Positions 23,826-36,061 of a stretch of DNA of 64,000 bases are shown here, one piece after another. Under the pieces are notes generated by a model that worked only from the letters and a program-made list of their open reading frames with translations, was not told the origin of the DNA and made no database searches. The stretch is from Pristiophorus japonicus (lineage: Eukaryota), in assembly GCF_044704955.1 (NCBI RefSeq), contig NC_091994.1:12400001-12464000 (forward strand). Direction: 5' to 3'. The position numbers were made by a program, and so were the translations under genes. How positions within the stretch are numbered: the first letter of the stretch is position 1; every line of letters starts with the position of its first letter.

Positions 23826-24722
23826 GGGCCTGAATTCGCGCTGCCCACAAGTGCATACGAAGTGCGCGCTTGTCCGTGGGGTCCCTGCAAGTTACGGGTT
23901 TAGGTATGGGAAGGGGTTGCAGCTAAACCCGGAACTTGCGATCTGTCGAGAATTCTCGTGACAGATCCATCGCACCCGAAACTAAAGGGCCTCCGCAGGT
24001 GGAGAGTTGGGCTATTTGCTCAACTTCGGCCCAACGAATGTCCTTCAAATTCTTAGGACTGATAAAAGCAGGCGTAAGGCTTGCTTTTATCAGCCTAAGA
24101 CTTTGATAGGACAGAAAAACACATTAAAAAAAAATGTTTACATTTAAAATCCTGTTAAATAAGGTTAGTTTATTTTTAGATCCTTTAAAATATGTGAATT
24201 TATTTTTCAAAAAATTAAATTTTTGTTTTAAATTATTAATTAAATTCAATTTTCATTCATTTGGGGGATCAAGGGATGTGGCGAGAAAGCAGGAATGGGG
24301 TACTGAAGTTGAATGTTCAGCCATGAACTCATTGAATGGCGGTGCAGGCTAGAAGGGCCGAATGGCCTACTCCTGCACCTATTTTCTATGTTTCTATGTT
24401 TTCTATGAAAGATGTGGGTTTAAAAACAAAATATTTTCAGTGTTTCAGTGTTTGTGGGGGTATTCCCATTCATATTTATCGTGTTTCCCTATATATGGAA
24501 CTCATATAAGTATGAATGGGGATTCCCCCTACTCTGATAGGTTGGGCCGGCCCCTGTGATCCCAGTGATGCGTATGAAGCCCATATGCTCCTGGGATACG
24601 TGTGCGTCTACAAAGGCCTTCGTGTAGCGGCCCAGGACCGTAAGTTTCCGAACCTCCAGGACACCAAGTACTTTCGTAGAAATTTTTCCGGTCAGGAAGC
24701 CTCCGACCGCAAATTCTGGGCC
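23826..24722. mobile_element. PIF/Harbinger-type MITE containing a CR1 3' fragment (~24262-24407)
   Basis: TIRs GGGCCTGAATTCGCG / CGCAAATTCTGGGCC; flanks ATT/GTT; right arm is the reverse complement of the left arm at 62638. Confidence 0.78.
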
Positions 24723-24774
24723 GTTATAAATATTTGAACAGTGTAAGGCCTGGAAAACGTCCTTAGCCTGCATG

Positions 24775-25120
24775 GTAGAATCATGGAACTTTACGGCACA
24801 GAAGGAGGCCATTTGGCCCATCATGTCTGTGACGGCCGATAAAGAGCTACACAGCCTAACCCCACTTTCCAGCTCTTGCTCCGTAGCCCTGTGGATTACG
24901 GCACTTCAAATGCATATCCAAGTACTTTTCAAATGCAATAAGGTTTTCTACCTCTACCTCCCTTTCAGGAGGTGAGTTCCAGACCCTCACCACCCTCTGG
25001 GTGAAAAATGTTCCCTCTAATCCTCTACCAATTACTTTAAATCCATGCCCCCTGGTCATTGACCTTTCCGGAACGGGAAGTTGGTCCTTCCTAGCCACTT
25101 ATCTAGGCCGCTCGTAATTT
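24775..25120 (-). mobile_element. CR1 3' fragment
   Basis: ORF piece TRGHGFKVIG..FFTQRVVRVWNS. Confidence 0.8.
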
Positions 25121-25526
25121 TTTGGTAAAAGTACAATACACCGTCCTCAACCCCCATACTTTATTTATCGGTGTTGAACCTTCGAGGGCAGCCATTGTGA
25201 GTTGATATGTTCTTTTTGGTCATTTTCAGTGAGTGAACAGTGCAAAGTACAGAATTTCCATCTGTTTGGTAGACAGTGCATTACGCTCTTTAACCTGTGC
25301 ACTGACGTCACTTTAAGATTGATTGCTTTGATAGAACTATTGGGTCGGAGTTGTTTTTTCACCTCCATCCTCTTCCTGGAGGAACTTGCCTTGCCTTCAC
25401 TTGGCAACTCCAATTTGATAATAAGGAGCTCACCAAGGCGAGAGCTGCTGACGTTGACTCTCATTGTTCCGTGGGGAAGCTCATTGGAGCATTCCTGAGA
25501 ATGGACCTTGAACAAGACACGGTTGG

Positions 25527-25806
25527 TATAATGTGTGCACCTGTGAATATGCTCACAGGCTGGTAGAGATGTTGAATTGTGAGTGGTTTAGCCAGTCACA
25601 TGATGTTCACAAGACTCAATAAAACCCCAGCCAGTTGGGTTCAGGGTGTCCACGATGAGGCAGGTGGTTGTGAGCCTGGTGGATAAACTGGTAATGTGCA
25701 GTGTGATTGTTAAACCTTTGCTAATAAACCAACTAGTAGTTGGCCTTAATAGCAATGTGTTGCTATGAATTCTTAAGCAGTCAACCCATGAAGCAAAGAC
25801 ATTATA
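25527..25806 (+). mobile_element. Solo LTR (280 bp) with TATAATGT...ACATTATA termini
   Basis: 8-bp terminal inverted repeat, perfect TSD GTTGG (25522-25526 / 25807-25811), AATAAA motifs. Confidence 0.85.
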
Positions 25807-26958
25807 GTTGGGATCATGGCCCTTGACAAAGAGAATATTTTTTTTATTACATGTGGCTATATTTTACTTACATTGAATTTCCAGGAGCAGGCATTGATAA
25901 CATAAATCAGTCGGCACAGCTGTATGCATCGACATAATCTTGTCACATGGCTCAGGATCAGGCAACATACCTCTGTAGAGGGAAGGGCTGTTTGGGGCAG
26001 TACTGGTATAGAATGAGCATTTACAGATGCTCTCTTCTTTTAACAAATGTCAATATTTCATCTCAGTTTGAGTAAGTAAGTTAGAGACACTCCCTTAACA
26101 ACCAGAATTTGGCAACGTATCAATTAAGTTTGATCCAGACTTCCCTCACAGGGGAATGAAAGTAGGAGCTTTGCGAGCAGAAGCTAAATTGTGGAATGCT
26201 GCTGTGTATGATTTTGCTTTAAATTTTAATAAAGTTGTTCCTTGAGCTTTCAATATTATAGAATCTGGGTTGAGTCAGCACCTTCAAGGGAGAAAATGGG
26301 GGAGAAAATTGTGGGGTGGTCGGGGTGGGGGGAGAGGAAAGAGAGGAAGTACTAAATAAAATTCTTATGCCGTTTTATGGAAAAGATTGTTCTTGAAATT
26401 AATCTGAAATCGAACCTTGTCAAGTTTCTTTCTATTAATCTAACAGTTCACTGAATTTCATTAGTGTAGGTACTGCATTATGGCTCATTTGATTCCTGTT
26501 ACAGCAGTGATAGGAACACAAAGACAGATGGTCCGGGCCACTAGCTTATTAGTAAGTCTTTTCAGGATCCACTTAAAAAGAACTTACACGGTATTACTTC
26601 GCTGTTCTCTCTGTACAGTCACACACTAATAAATATTAGATAATTCACTTTTACCTGCAGTGCTTGCAAATGATGTCAGCCCTCTCATTGCTGGTATATA
26701 ATGCAGGCGCTGCTGTCTAACATGTAATATTCTGCATTTGTCATTCTTCAATTCTGACTATTTGCAGGTGTGTGATGGAAGAGCCTCGTCCTTGCAGAAG
26801 TGATGCAACTCAATCTCTCTGCAATACATCTGAGGGTAGAATCCAAGTTGAAACTTGATTCTCATGGGCAATGGTCAGGTCCACAAATATATTTTACAAA
26901 ATGAATGCAATCTGACTTAGTACAATTCTATACTGAGGACAATGGTTGGAAGTTGGTG

Positions 26959-28035
26959 AATGACATCCTTTGTGATTGTGACAAAGGTAAACTATCCCTT
27001 CTCATCCTTCTTGACTTGTCTGCAGCCTTTGACATGGTTGACCACTCTATCCTTCTCCAACGCCTCTCCATCATCGTCCAGTTGGGGGACTGCACTCGCC
27101 TGGTTCCATTCTTATCTATCTAATCGTAGCCAGAGAATCACCTGCAACGGCTTCTCTTCCTGCCCCCGCATCGTTACCTCTGGTGTCCCCCAAGGATCTA
27201 TCCTTGGCCCCCTCCAATTTCTCATCTACTTGTTGCCCCTTGGCGACATGATCCAAAAACACAGCGTCAGTTTCCACATGTACACTGATGACATCCAGCT
27301 CTACCTCACCCCCACTTCTCTCCACCCCTCCACTGGCTCTAAATTGCCAGACTGTTTGTCGGGCATCCAGTTCTGAATGAGCAGAAATGTTCTCCAATTA
27401 AATATTGGGAAGATCGAAGCCATTGTTTTCAATCCCCACCACAAACTCCGTTCCCTAGCCACCAACTCCATCCCCTTTTAACATCTGTCTGAGGCTGAAT
27501 CACACTGTTCGCAACCTTGGTGTCATATTTGACCCTGAAATGAGCTTCTGACCACATATCCGCAGCAAAACTAAGACGGCCTATTTCCATCTCTGTAACA
27601 TCACCCGTCTCCACCCTTGCCTCAGCTCATCCGCTGCTGAAGCCTTCATCCATGCCTTTGCTACCTCTAGACTTGACTATTCTGGCTCGCCTCCCACATT
27701 CTACCCTACGTAAACGTGAGGTCATCCAAAACTCGGCAGCCCATGTGCTAACTCACACCAGGTCCCGTTCACCCATCACCCCTGCACTCGCTGACATACA
27801 TTGGCTCCCGGTTAAACAACGCCTCGATTTCAAAATTCTCATCCTTGTTTTCAAATCCTTCCATGGCCTATTTCTGTAATCTCCTCCAGCCCTACAACCC
27901 CCCAAGAAATCTGCGCTTCTCTAATTCTTCCCTCTTGAGCATCCCTGATTCTAATCACGTGCCTTTTGTTGCCTTAAATTCTGGAATTCCCTCCCTAGAC
28001 CTATCCACCTCTCTACCTCACATTCCTCCTTTAGG
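26959..28035 (+). mobile_element. L2 LINE fragment (RT domain to 3' region)
   Basis: [46 protein letters not shown]; frameshifted. Confidence 0.9.
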
Positions 28036-28192
28036 ATATTTACTCATAATCCTTTCCACTTGTGAAACTATATTCTATATGGAATTAGTTAAACATACAT
28101 TGCAAGACAAAAAGTAAGTCAAAAGATAAAATGACATACCAGTCCCATCACAATATTTTTTCTCTTGTTAAAAACAGAACACCCAGCATTTT

Positions 28193-28403
28193 TGTTATGT
28201 ATGTAAACCTGTAATTACCATGCCTAACCACCAGAGGGCTTATCCCCTGGAGTCCCAAGGGATCCCACAATCCCTTGGGAGCACCTGTATGTAAGGAGGC
28301 CTCACAGGCTGGAGAGGCACTCTGAGATCTGTAATAAAGGACTACGGTCACACTTACTTTGAGCTTGCAGTATCTAGTCTGACTCTTTATTCAAGACATA
28401 ACA
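28193..28403 (+). mobile_element. Solo LTR (211 bp), related to 15611-15822
   Basis: TGTTAT...ATAACA; perfect TSD ATTTT (28188-28192 / 28404-28408); shared ACCAGAGGGCT..CCCCTGGAGTCCCAAGGGATCCCA core. Confidence 0.92.
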
Positions 28404-28581
28404 ATTTTGATTCCAACAATGTGCACTAGATGTTGAAGTAAATTGCTATATAAATGTATATATATTACTCTCCTTGGCTGGAGGCTCATGCTGAGCTGTG
28501 GGTTTTGCAACTGGCAGCCCTCTGGTACCTCACCCACGGGTCCATTCTTCATGTGTGAGCCGAGACAGTAAGTGCTGACAG

Positions 28582-28740
28582 CAACGTTCCCCTTAAGCTG
28601 CATGGGCAAGCGGCCGCGCATGGCTCGGGAGCTCCCACGCAGGCCGCTCACCAGCTGTTGACGCTGGAGAAGATACCGTGCATGTGTGTCCACAGCATAT
28701 TTAAAGGGACCATGCACAAAACAAATTAGGAGGAACATTG
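28582..28740. mobile_element. hAT-type MITE (159 bp)
   Basis: TIRs CAACGTTCCCCTTAA / TTAGGAGGAACATTG; degenerate 8-bp flanks GCTGACAG / ACTGCCAA (5/8). Confidence 0.62.
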
Positions 28741-28914
28741 ACTGCCAAGGTTCTGTATGGGAAATGCATCATGCCTGAGTTTGCTAAAGACAGCTACACG
28801 CGTGCACTCTCCAAAGAGGTTACTGCATAGCAATCGGCAGTGAGAACCTTTACTGATTTCTTCCTCCTCCTTCAAAGGTCCTTCATGTATCAGCCATAAG
28901 ATCTTGAGACGTAA

Positions 28915-29365
28915 AGAAGAATGAAAAAACGTGCATTCAAATAGGCCCTTTTATGGCCTCACAGCATCCAAAAATACTTTACAGACAATGAAGTAATTTT
29001 GGAGTGTAGTCACTGTTGTAATGTAGGAAACGTGGCAGCCAATTTGAGCACAGCAAGCTCCCACAAACAGCAATGAGATAATGATCAGATAATCTGTTTT
29101 AATGGTGTTGGTTGAGGAATTAATATTGGCCAGGACACCGGGGATAACTACCTTGCCCTTCTTCCAAATAGTGTTCTGGGATATTTTACATCCACCTGAG
29201 AGGGCAGGCGGGGCCTCGGTTTAACATCTCATCCAAAAGACAGTACCTCCAATAGTGCAGCACTCCCTTAGTACTGCACTGGGAGTGTAAACCTAGATTA
29301 TGTGCATAAGTCCCTGGAGTGGGACCTGAACCCACAACCTTCTGACTCAAAGGTGAGAATGTTGG
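28915..29365 (-). mobile_element. Deu-type SINE
   Basis: Reverse complement of the SINE body, including GGAGTGGGACCTGAACCCACAACCTTCTGACTC head. Confidence 0.8.
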
Positions 29366-29453
29366 CAATGAAAATTAATGTCGTCGGAACTTATACTATA
29401 TGACCAAATAAAATGACTGCTTTGTTAACTCAGAACCTCACATATGATACATC

Positions 29454-32388
29454 AGAACATAAGAAATAGGAGGAGTAGGCCATAAGGCCCCTTGAGCCTG
29501 CTATGCCACTAAATAAGATCACGGCTGATTTGATCATGGACTCAGCTCCACTTCCCTACCCGCACCCCATAACCCCTTATTGTTTAAGAAAATATCTATT
29601 TCTGTCTTAAATTTATTTAATATCCCGGCTTCCACAGCTCTCTGAGGCAGCGAATTCCACAGATTCACAACCCTCTGGAGAAGAAATTTCTCCTCATCTC
29701 AGTTCTAAATGGGTGGCCCCCTATTCTAAGATCATGTTCTCTAGTTCTAGTCTCCCCAATCAGTGGAAACATAGAAACATAGAAAATAGGTGCAGGAGTA
29801 GGCCATTCGGCCCTTCGAGCCTGCATCGCCATTCAATGAGTTCATGGCTGAACATGCAACTTCAGTACCCCATTCCTGCTTTCTCGCCATACCCCTTGAT
29901 CCCCCTAGTAGTAAGGACTACATCTAACTCCTTTTTGAATATATTTAGTGAATTGGCCTCAACAACTTTCTGTGGTAGAGAATTCCACAGGTTCACCACT
30001 CTCTGGGTGAAGAAGTTTCTCCTCATCTCGGTCCTAAATGGCTTACCCGTTATCCTTAGACCGTGACCCCTGGTTCTGGACTTCCCCAAAATTGGGAACA
30101 TTCTTCCTGCATCTAACCTGTTTAAACCCATCAGAATTTTAAACGTTTCTACGAGATCTCCTCTCATTCTTCTGAAATCCAGTAAATACAAGCCCAGTTG
30201 ATCCAGTCTTTCTTGATATGTCAGTCCCGCCATCCCGGGAATCAGTCTGGTGAACCTTCGCTGCACTCCCTCAATAGCAAGAATGTCCTTCCTCAAGTTA
30301 GGAGACCAAAACTGTACACAATACTCCAGGTGTGGCCTCACCAAGGCCCTGTACAACTGTAGTAACACCTCCCTGCCCCTGTATTCAAATCCCCTCGCTA
30401 TGAAGGCCAACATGCCATTTGCTTTCTTAACCGCTTGCTGTACCTGCATGCCAACCTTCAATGACTGATGTACCATGACACCCAGGTCTCGTTGCACCTC
30501 CCCTTTTCCTAATCTGTCACCATTCAGATAATAGTCTGTCTCTCTGTTTTTACCACCAAAGTGGATACCTCACATTTATCCACATTATACTTCATCTGCC
30601 ATGCATTTGCCCACTCACCTAACTTATCCAAGTCACTCTGCAGCCTCATAGCATCCTCCTCGCAGCTCACACTGCCACCCAACTTAGTGTCATCCGCAAA
30701 TTTGGAGATACTACATTTAATCCCCTCGTCCAAATCATTAATGTACAATGTAAACAGCTGGGGCCCCAGCACAGAACCTTGCGGTACCCCACTAGTCACT
30801 GCCTGCCATTCTGAAAAGTACCATTTACTCCTACTCTTTGCTTCCTGTCTGACAACCAGTTCTCAATCCATGTCAGCACACTACCCCCAATCCCATGTGC
30901 TTTAACTTTGCACATTAATCTCTTGTGTGGGACCTTGTCGAAAGCCTTCTGAAAGTCCAAATACACCACATCAACTGGTTCTCCCTTGTCCACTCTACTG
31001 GAAACATCCTCAAAAAATTCCAGAAGATTTGTCAAGCATAATTTCCCTTTCACAAATCCATGCTGACTTGGACCTATCATGTCACCTCTTTCCAAATGCG
31101 CTGCTATGACATCCTTAATAATTGATTCCATCATTTTACCCACTACCGATGTCAGGCTGACCGGTCTATAATTTCCTGCTTTCTCTCTCCCTCCTTTTAT
31201 AAAAAGTGGGGTTACATTGGCTACCCTCCACTCCATAGGAATTGATCCACAGTCTATGGAATGTTGGAAAATGACTGTCAATGCATCCGCTATTTCCAAG
31301 GCCACCTCCTTAAGTACTCTGGGATGCAGTCCATCAGGCCCTGGGGATTTATCGGCCTTCAATCCCATCAATTTCCCCAACACAATTTCCCGACTAATAA
31401 GGATTTCCCTCAGTTCGTCTTTCTTACTGGACCCTCTGACCCCTTTTATATCCGGAAGGTTGTTTGTGTCCTCCTTAGTGAATACCGAACCAAAGTACTT
31501 GTTCAATTGGTCTGCCATTTCTTTGTTCCCCATTATGACTTCCCCTGAGTCTGACTGCAGGGGACCTACGTTTGTCTTTACTAACCTTTTTCTCTTTACA
31601 TATCTATAGAAGCTTTTGCAGTCTGTCTTAATGTTCCCTGTGAGCTTCCTCTCGTACTCTATTTTCCCTGCCCTAATCAAACCCTTTGTCCTCCTCTGCT
31701 GAGTTCTAAATTTCTCCCAGTCCCCGGGTTTGCTGCTATTTCTGGCCAAACATCCTCTCTGCATCCATCTTGTCAAGCCCCCTCATAATCTTATATATTT
31801 CTATAAGATCACCTCTTATTCTTCTGAATTCCAATGAGTAGAAGCCCAAACTACTCAATCTTTCCTCATAAGTCAACCCCCTCATCCCCAGGATCAACCC
31901 AGTGAACCTTCTCTGAACTGCTTCTACAGCAAGTATATCCTTTCGTAAATATGGAAAGCAAAGCTGCACGCAGTATTCCAGGATGTGGCCTCACCAATAC
32001 CCTGTACAGCAGTAACGAGACTTCCCTGCTTTTATACTCCATCCCCTTTGCAATAAAGGCCAAGATTCCATTGGCCTTCCTGATCACTTGCTGTACCTGC
32101 ATACTATCCTTTTGTGTTTCCTGCACAAGTACCCCCAGGTTCCGTTGTACTGCAGCACTTTGCAATCTTTCTCCATTTAAATAATAACTTGCTCTTTGAT
32201 TTTTTCTGCCAAAGTGCATGACCTCACACTTTCCAACATTATACTCCATCTGCCAAATTCTTGCCCACTCACTTAGCCTGTCTATGTCCTCCTGCAGCCT
32301 CTTTATGTCCTCCTCACACATTGCCCTTCCTCCCATCTTTGTATCATCAGCAAACTTGACTATGTTACACTCAGTCCCCTCTTCCAAA
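29454..32388 (-). mobile_element. Older CR1 fragment (29454-29772 + 31748-32388) interrupted by a younger CR1
   Basis: Host reads continuously CAGTGGAAACAT|CCTCTCTGCATC after removing the insert; KFADD in ORF 31866-32405. Confidence 0.88.
29767..31753 (-). mobile_element. Young 5'-truncated CR1, same subfamily as 18968-20990
   Basis: RT split by frameshifts (ORFs 30796-31776, 30524-30799, 29862-30497); AAACAT duplicated at both junctions. Confidence 0.95.
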
Positions 32389-32668
32389 CCCGTGACCACT
32401 ACCACCTAGAAGGACCAGGGCAGCAGGCGCATGGGAATACCATCCTCTTCACCACCCTGACTTGGAAATATATCGGCCGTTCCTTCATTGTCGCTGGGTC
32501 AAAATCCTGGAACTCCCTCCCTGACAGCACTGTGGGAGTACCTTCACCACACGGACTGCAGCGGTTCAAGAAGGCGGCTCACCACCACCTTCTCAAGGGC
32601 AATTGGGAATTGGCAATAAATACTGGCCTTGCCAGTGCTCCCACATCCCATGAACGAATTTTAAAAAT
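32381..32668 (+). mobile_element. 3' end of a CR1-group LINE of another family (minus copy at 44052-44610)
   Basis: CCAAACCCG.GACC...CGGTTCAAGAAGGCGGCTCACCACC...GGCAATAAAT is the reverse complement of 44060-44345. Confidence 0.75.
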
Positions 32669-33450
32669 AGAGCTACATTTTTCTATTGCAAAAATTAGCT
32701 CAAAATGGTTAACCATGCTGTGCAAATAACATGGACCCCCCTCCTGGCATAAAAACAGATCAAAAATGTATAAAAGCATTCCATAAAGTTTATATTATTA
32801 AAAAACAGATTCCCTGCAGTGGCTTCATTGCAATCTCAGAATTCAGATGACAGTTAAAAACTGGCCAACTTTAGTTGCTGTGGTTTCTGACATGCTCCGA
32901 ATTCCTCGATTAGATTGCTGCCTTGTAATCATTCCTGGTTATCCAATATATTGTACAAACCAGCTGAACCACTCAAATAAATGACATTCTCATAATCACT
33001 CCGAGTTACCAATAATTCTGTATATAAAACATTGGAATGCTGCAATTAGATTAACCGCTCTGCATTCATTGCCAGGGATTTATTGCTCTTCAATGCAACC
33101 CTCAGATTGGGTTGCAGTCATGAACTGATTCCTTGCTATCTGTTCCTCATAGTAAAAACAGAAGTAATAGGTATTGTATAAAACTGGAATTTCTAGCTTC
33201 TGTCCTTCAACTTTGCGAGGAGAGGTTCATCGCCTGAACTGTGACTATCTCAATCTCCCGTTGGATTATATCATGTTAGTTCAAACTCGCTAGCAGTGTA
33301 TTTATTCTTAGATTGTCAAGTCGTAGGAAATGACGGTTGCCCTGGGATGACTGGGTGTGTATATTTTCAGCTCGTTCACTGTGACTGAGATGAACATTAA
33401 TATTACAGTGATAAAACTACTCAATTGTCAGGAATAGCACTATTACTCGA

Positions 33451-33887
33451 AGAAAGAAAGACTTGCATTTATATAGCACCTTTCATGGCCACCGGATGTC
33501 CCAAAGTGCTTTACAGCCAATGAAGTACATTTTGAAGTGCAGTCACTGTTGTAATGTCGGAAACACGGCAGCCAATTTGCGTACAGCAAGCTCCCACAAA
33601 CAACAAAGTGATAAAGGCCAAGTAATCTGTTTTAGTGATGCTGGTTGAGGGATAAATATTGACCAGGACACTGGGGATAATTCCCCTGCTCTTTTTAGTA
33701 ATAGTGTCAGGGGATCTTTTACGTCTACCCGAGGGCCTCGGTTTAACGTCTCGTCTGAAAGATGGCACCTCTGACAGTGCACCACTCCCTCAGCACTGCA
33801 CTGTCAGCCTCAATTTTTGTGCTCATGTCTCTGGAGTGGGACTTGACTCAGAGGTGAGAGTGCTGCCCACTGAGCCACAGCTGACAC
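33451..33887 (-). mobile_element. Deu-type SINE
   Basis: AAGAAAGACTTGCATTTATATAG tail to CCCACTGAGCCACAGCTGACAC head. Confidence 0.85.
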
Positions 33888-34359
33888 TCATAATCATAAC
33901 TGTAATAGACACTGTAATAGTAATCCTAAACTAAATTAAATTCTAACAAAATTTGAAATCTAAATAAATAAATGTAAACACCTCTATTCTCCTTCCTTCT
34001 CTATCCTGTGTGTCCTTTTACTCTTTCTGTTGTGGAGTATTCACGCTACAGGTTTAGCGTCACTGTGAGGTGGTTGTGGAGTGTCAAACTGACTCCAAAG
34101 TGATGTGGAGAGTGACTATCTGCTCCAGGGCATTTCTCCTCTGCACTGTGGTGTCAGGTCAGAATGTAACCCCAGACTCTGGCTGCATTAATGCAATAAC
34201 TGCTTTACATCAGCACCACGGTTACAGTGTGAGCACACCATGACGTCGCCTATTCAACCCGTTCTAACTTATTTCAAATTGTTCGAAGCTTAAATTCTTT
34301 TACTTGTGGCTCACCTGACCATTGTATGATTGTTCACCAATGTGCAAGTATTTTATTTA

Positions 34360-34802
34360 GAGGAGATTTATGAGGATGTTGTCAGGACTGGAGAATTTGA
34401 GCTATGAGGAAAGATTGGATAGGCTGGGTTTGTTTTCTTTGGAGCAGAGGAGCCTGAAGGGAGACCTTATTGAGGTGTATAAAATTATGAGGGGCCTAGA
34501 TAGAGTGGATAGGAAGGACATATTCCTCTTAGCAGAAAGTTCAATAACTAGGGGACATAGATTTAAAGTAATCGATAGAAGGATTAGAGAGGTGTTGAGG
34601 AGAACTGTTTCTGGAACTCACTGCCTGAAAGGGTGGTAGTGGTAGAAACCCTCATTGCATTTAAAAAGCAGTTGGATATGAACTTGAAGTACATGGACCA
34701 AGAGCTGGAAAGTGGGATTAGGCTGGATAGCTCTTTGTCGGCCGGCACAGACACGTTGGGCTGAATGGCCTCCTTCCGTGCTGTAAATTTCTATGATTCT
34801 AT
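34360..34802 (+). mobile_element. CR1 3' fragment
   Basis: YEERLDRLGLFSLEQRSLKGDLIEVYKI; TTCTATGATTCTAT tail. Confidence 0.85.
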
Positions 34803-35422
34803 CTCATTCATCATCTAAACATGTGCTCCCTCTCCATATTGTGATATAATGGATTTGTCAGCTGTGTGTGAGCTGCCAGCAGGAGTTGGTTGAGTTGGGT
34901 TGAGGCTGCCAGAGGGCGTAGGTCAGCGTTTGCAATGAAAGGTTGGACTGCTAGGAGGAATTGGCTTGGTCTGGGCTGCCAGGGAGTCAAGTTGGGTTGG
35001 TATTCCAGCAGAAATCATATCCAGTGGTAAGGCTATTATGTCAGCTCTTAAAATTAGGTTAGATAGAAAAGAAAGACTTGCATTTATATAATACCTTTTA
35101 TGACCTCAGGACATCACAAAGCGCTTTGCAGCCAATGAAATACCTTTGAAGTGTAGTCACTGTTGTAATGTAGAAAACACAGCGTCAATTGTGCTCAGCA
35201 AGCTCCCACAAACAGCAATGGCCCAGAAATCCCGGTTTCTCCTTTCCTCGGGCGTTTGACTGGATTCTGGAAAAAAGAAGCATACCTACCTGAAGCTGCT
35301 GCGCTGAGGCGAGGTCCCGGTCTGGAGGCCTCATCTGACTGCGCGTCGCAGCGCGTGCATGTCGGGATGTGCGCAGGCCTGGAGCTGGAGTCACATGACT
35401 CTAGGCAGCCAATCAGGTATAG

Positions 35423-36048
35423 CATAGCGAGGGGATTTGAGTACAGGGGGAGGGAGGTGTTACTACAGTTGTACAGGGCCTTGGTGAGGCCACACCTGGA
35501 GTATTGTGTACAGTTTTGGTCTCCTAACTTGAGGAAGGACATTCTTGCTATTGAGGGATTGCAATGAAGGTTCACAGACTGATTCCCGGGATGGCGGGAC
35601 TGACATATCTAGAAAGACTGGATCAAATGGGCTTGTATTCACTGGAGTTCAGAAGAATGAGAGGGGATCTCATAGAAACGTTTAAAATTCTGACGGGTTT
35701 AGACAGGTTAGATGCAGGAAGAATGTTCCCAATGTTGGGGAAGTCCAGAACCAGGGGTCACAGTCTAAGGATAAGGGGTAAGCCATTTAGGACCGAGATG
35801 AGGAGAAACTTCTTCACCCAGAAAGTGGTGAACCTGTGGAATTCTCTACCACAGAAAGTTGTTGAGGCCAATTCACTAAATATATTCAAAAAGGAGTTAG
35901 ATGTAGTCCTTACTACTCAGGGGATCAAGAGGTATGGCAAGAAAGCAGGAATGGGGTACTGAAGTTGCATGTTCAGCCATGAACTCATTGAACGGCGGTG
36001 CAGGCTCGAAGGGCCGAATGGCCTACTCCTGCACCTATTTTCTATGTT
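35423..36048 (+). mobile_element. CR1 3' fragment nested in the MITE
   Basis: IARGFEYRGREVLLQLY...; same subfamily as 18968-20990. Confidence 0.93.
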
Positions 36049-36061
36049 CTCATTCATAGTA

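Noticed and set aside
25165-25526. Overlapping ORFs of 70-116 aa next to the solo LTR
   Set aside because: No recognisable domain or splice pattern; rejoining across the LTR gives no recognisable protein
26740-26860. Acceptor-like CTGAC..TATTTGCAG|G at 26767
   Set aside because: No convincing donor, and the short frame (MEEPRPCRSD...) is not recognisable
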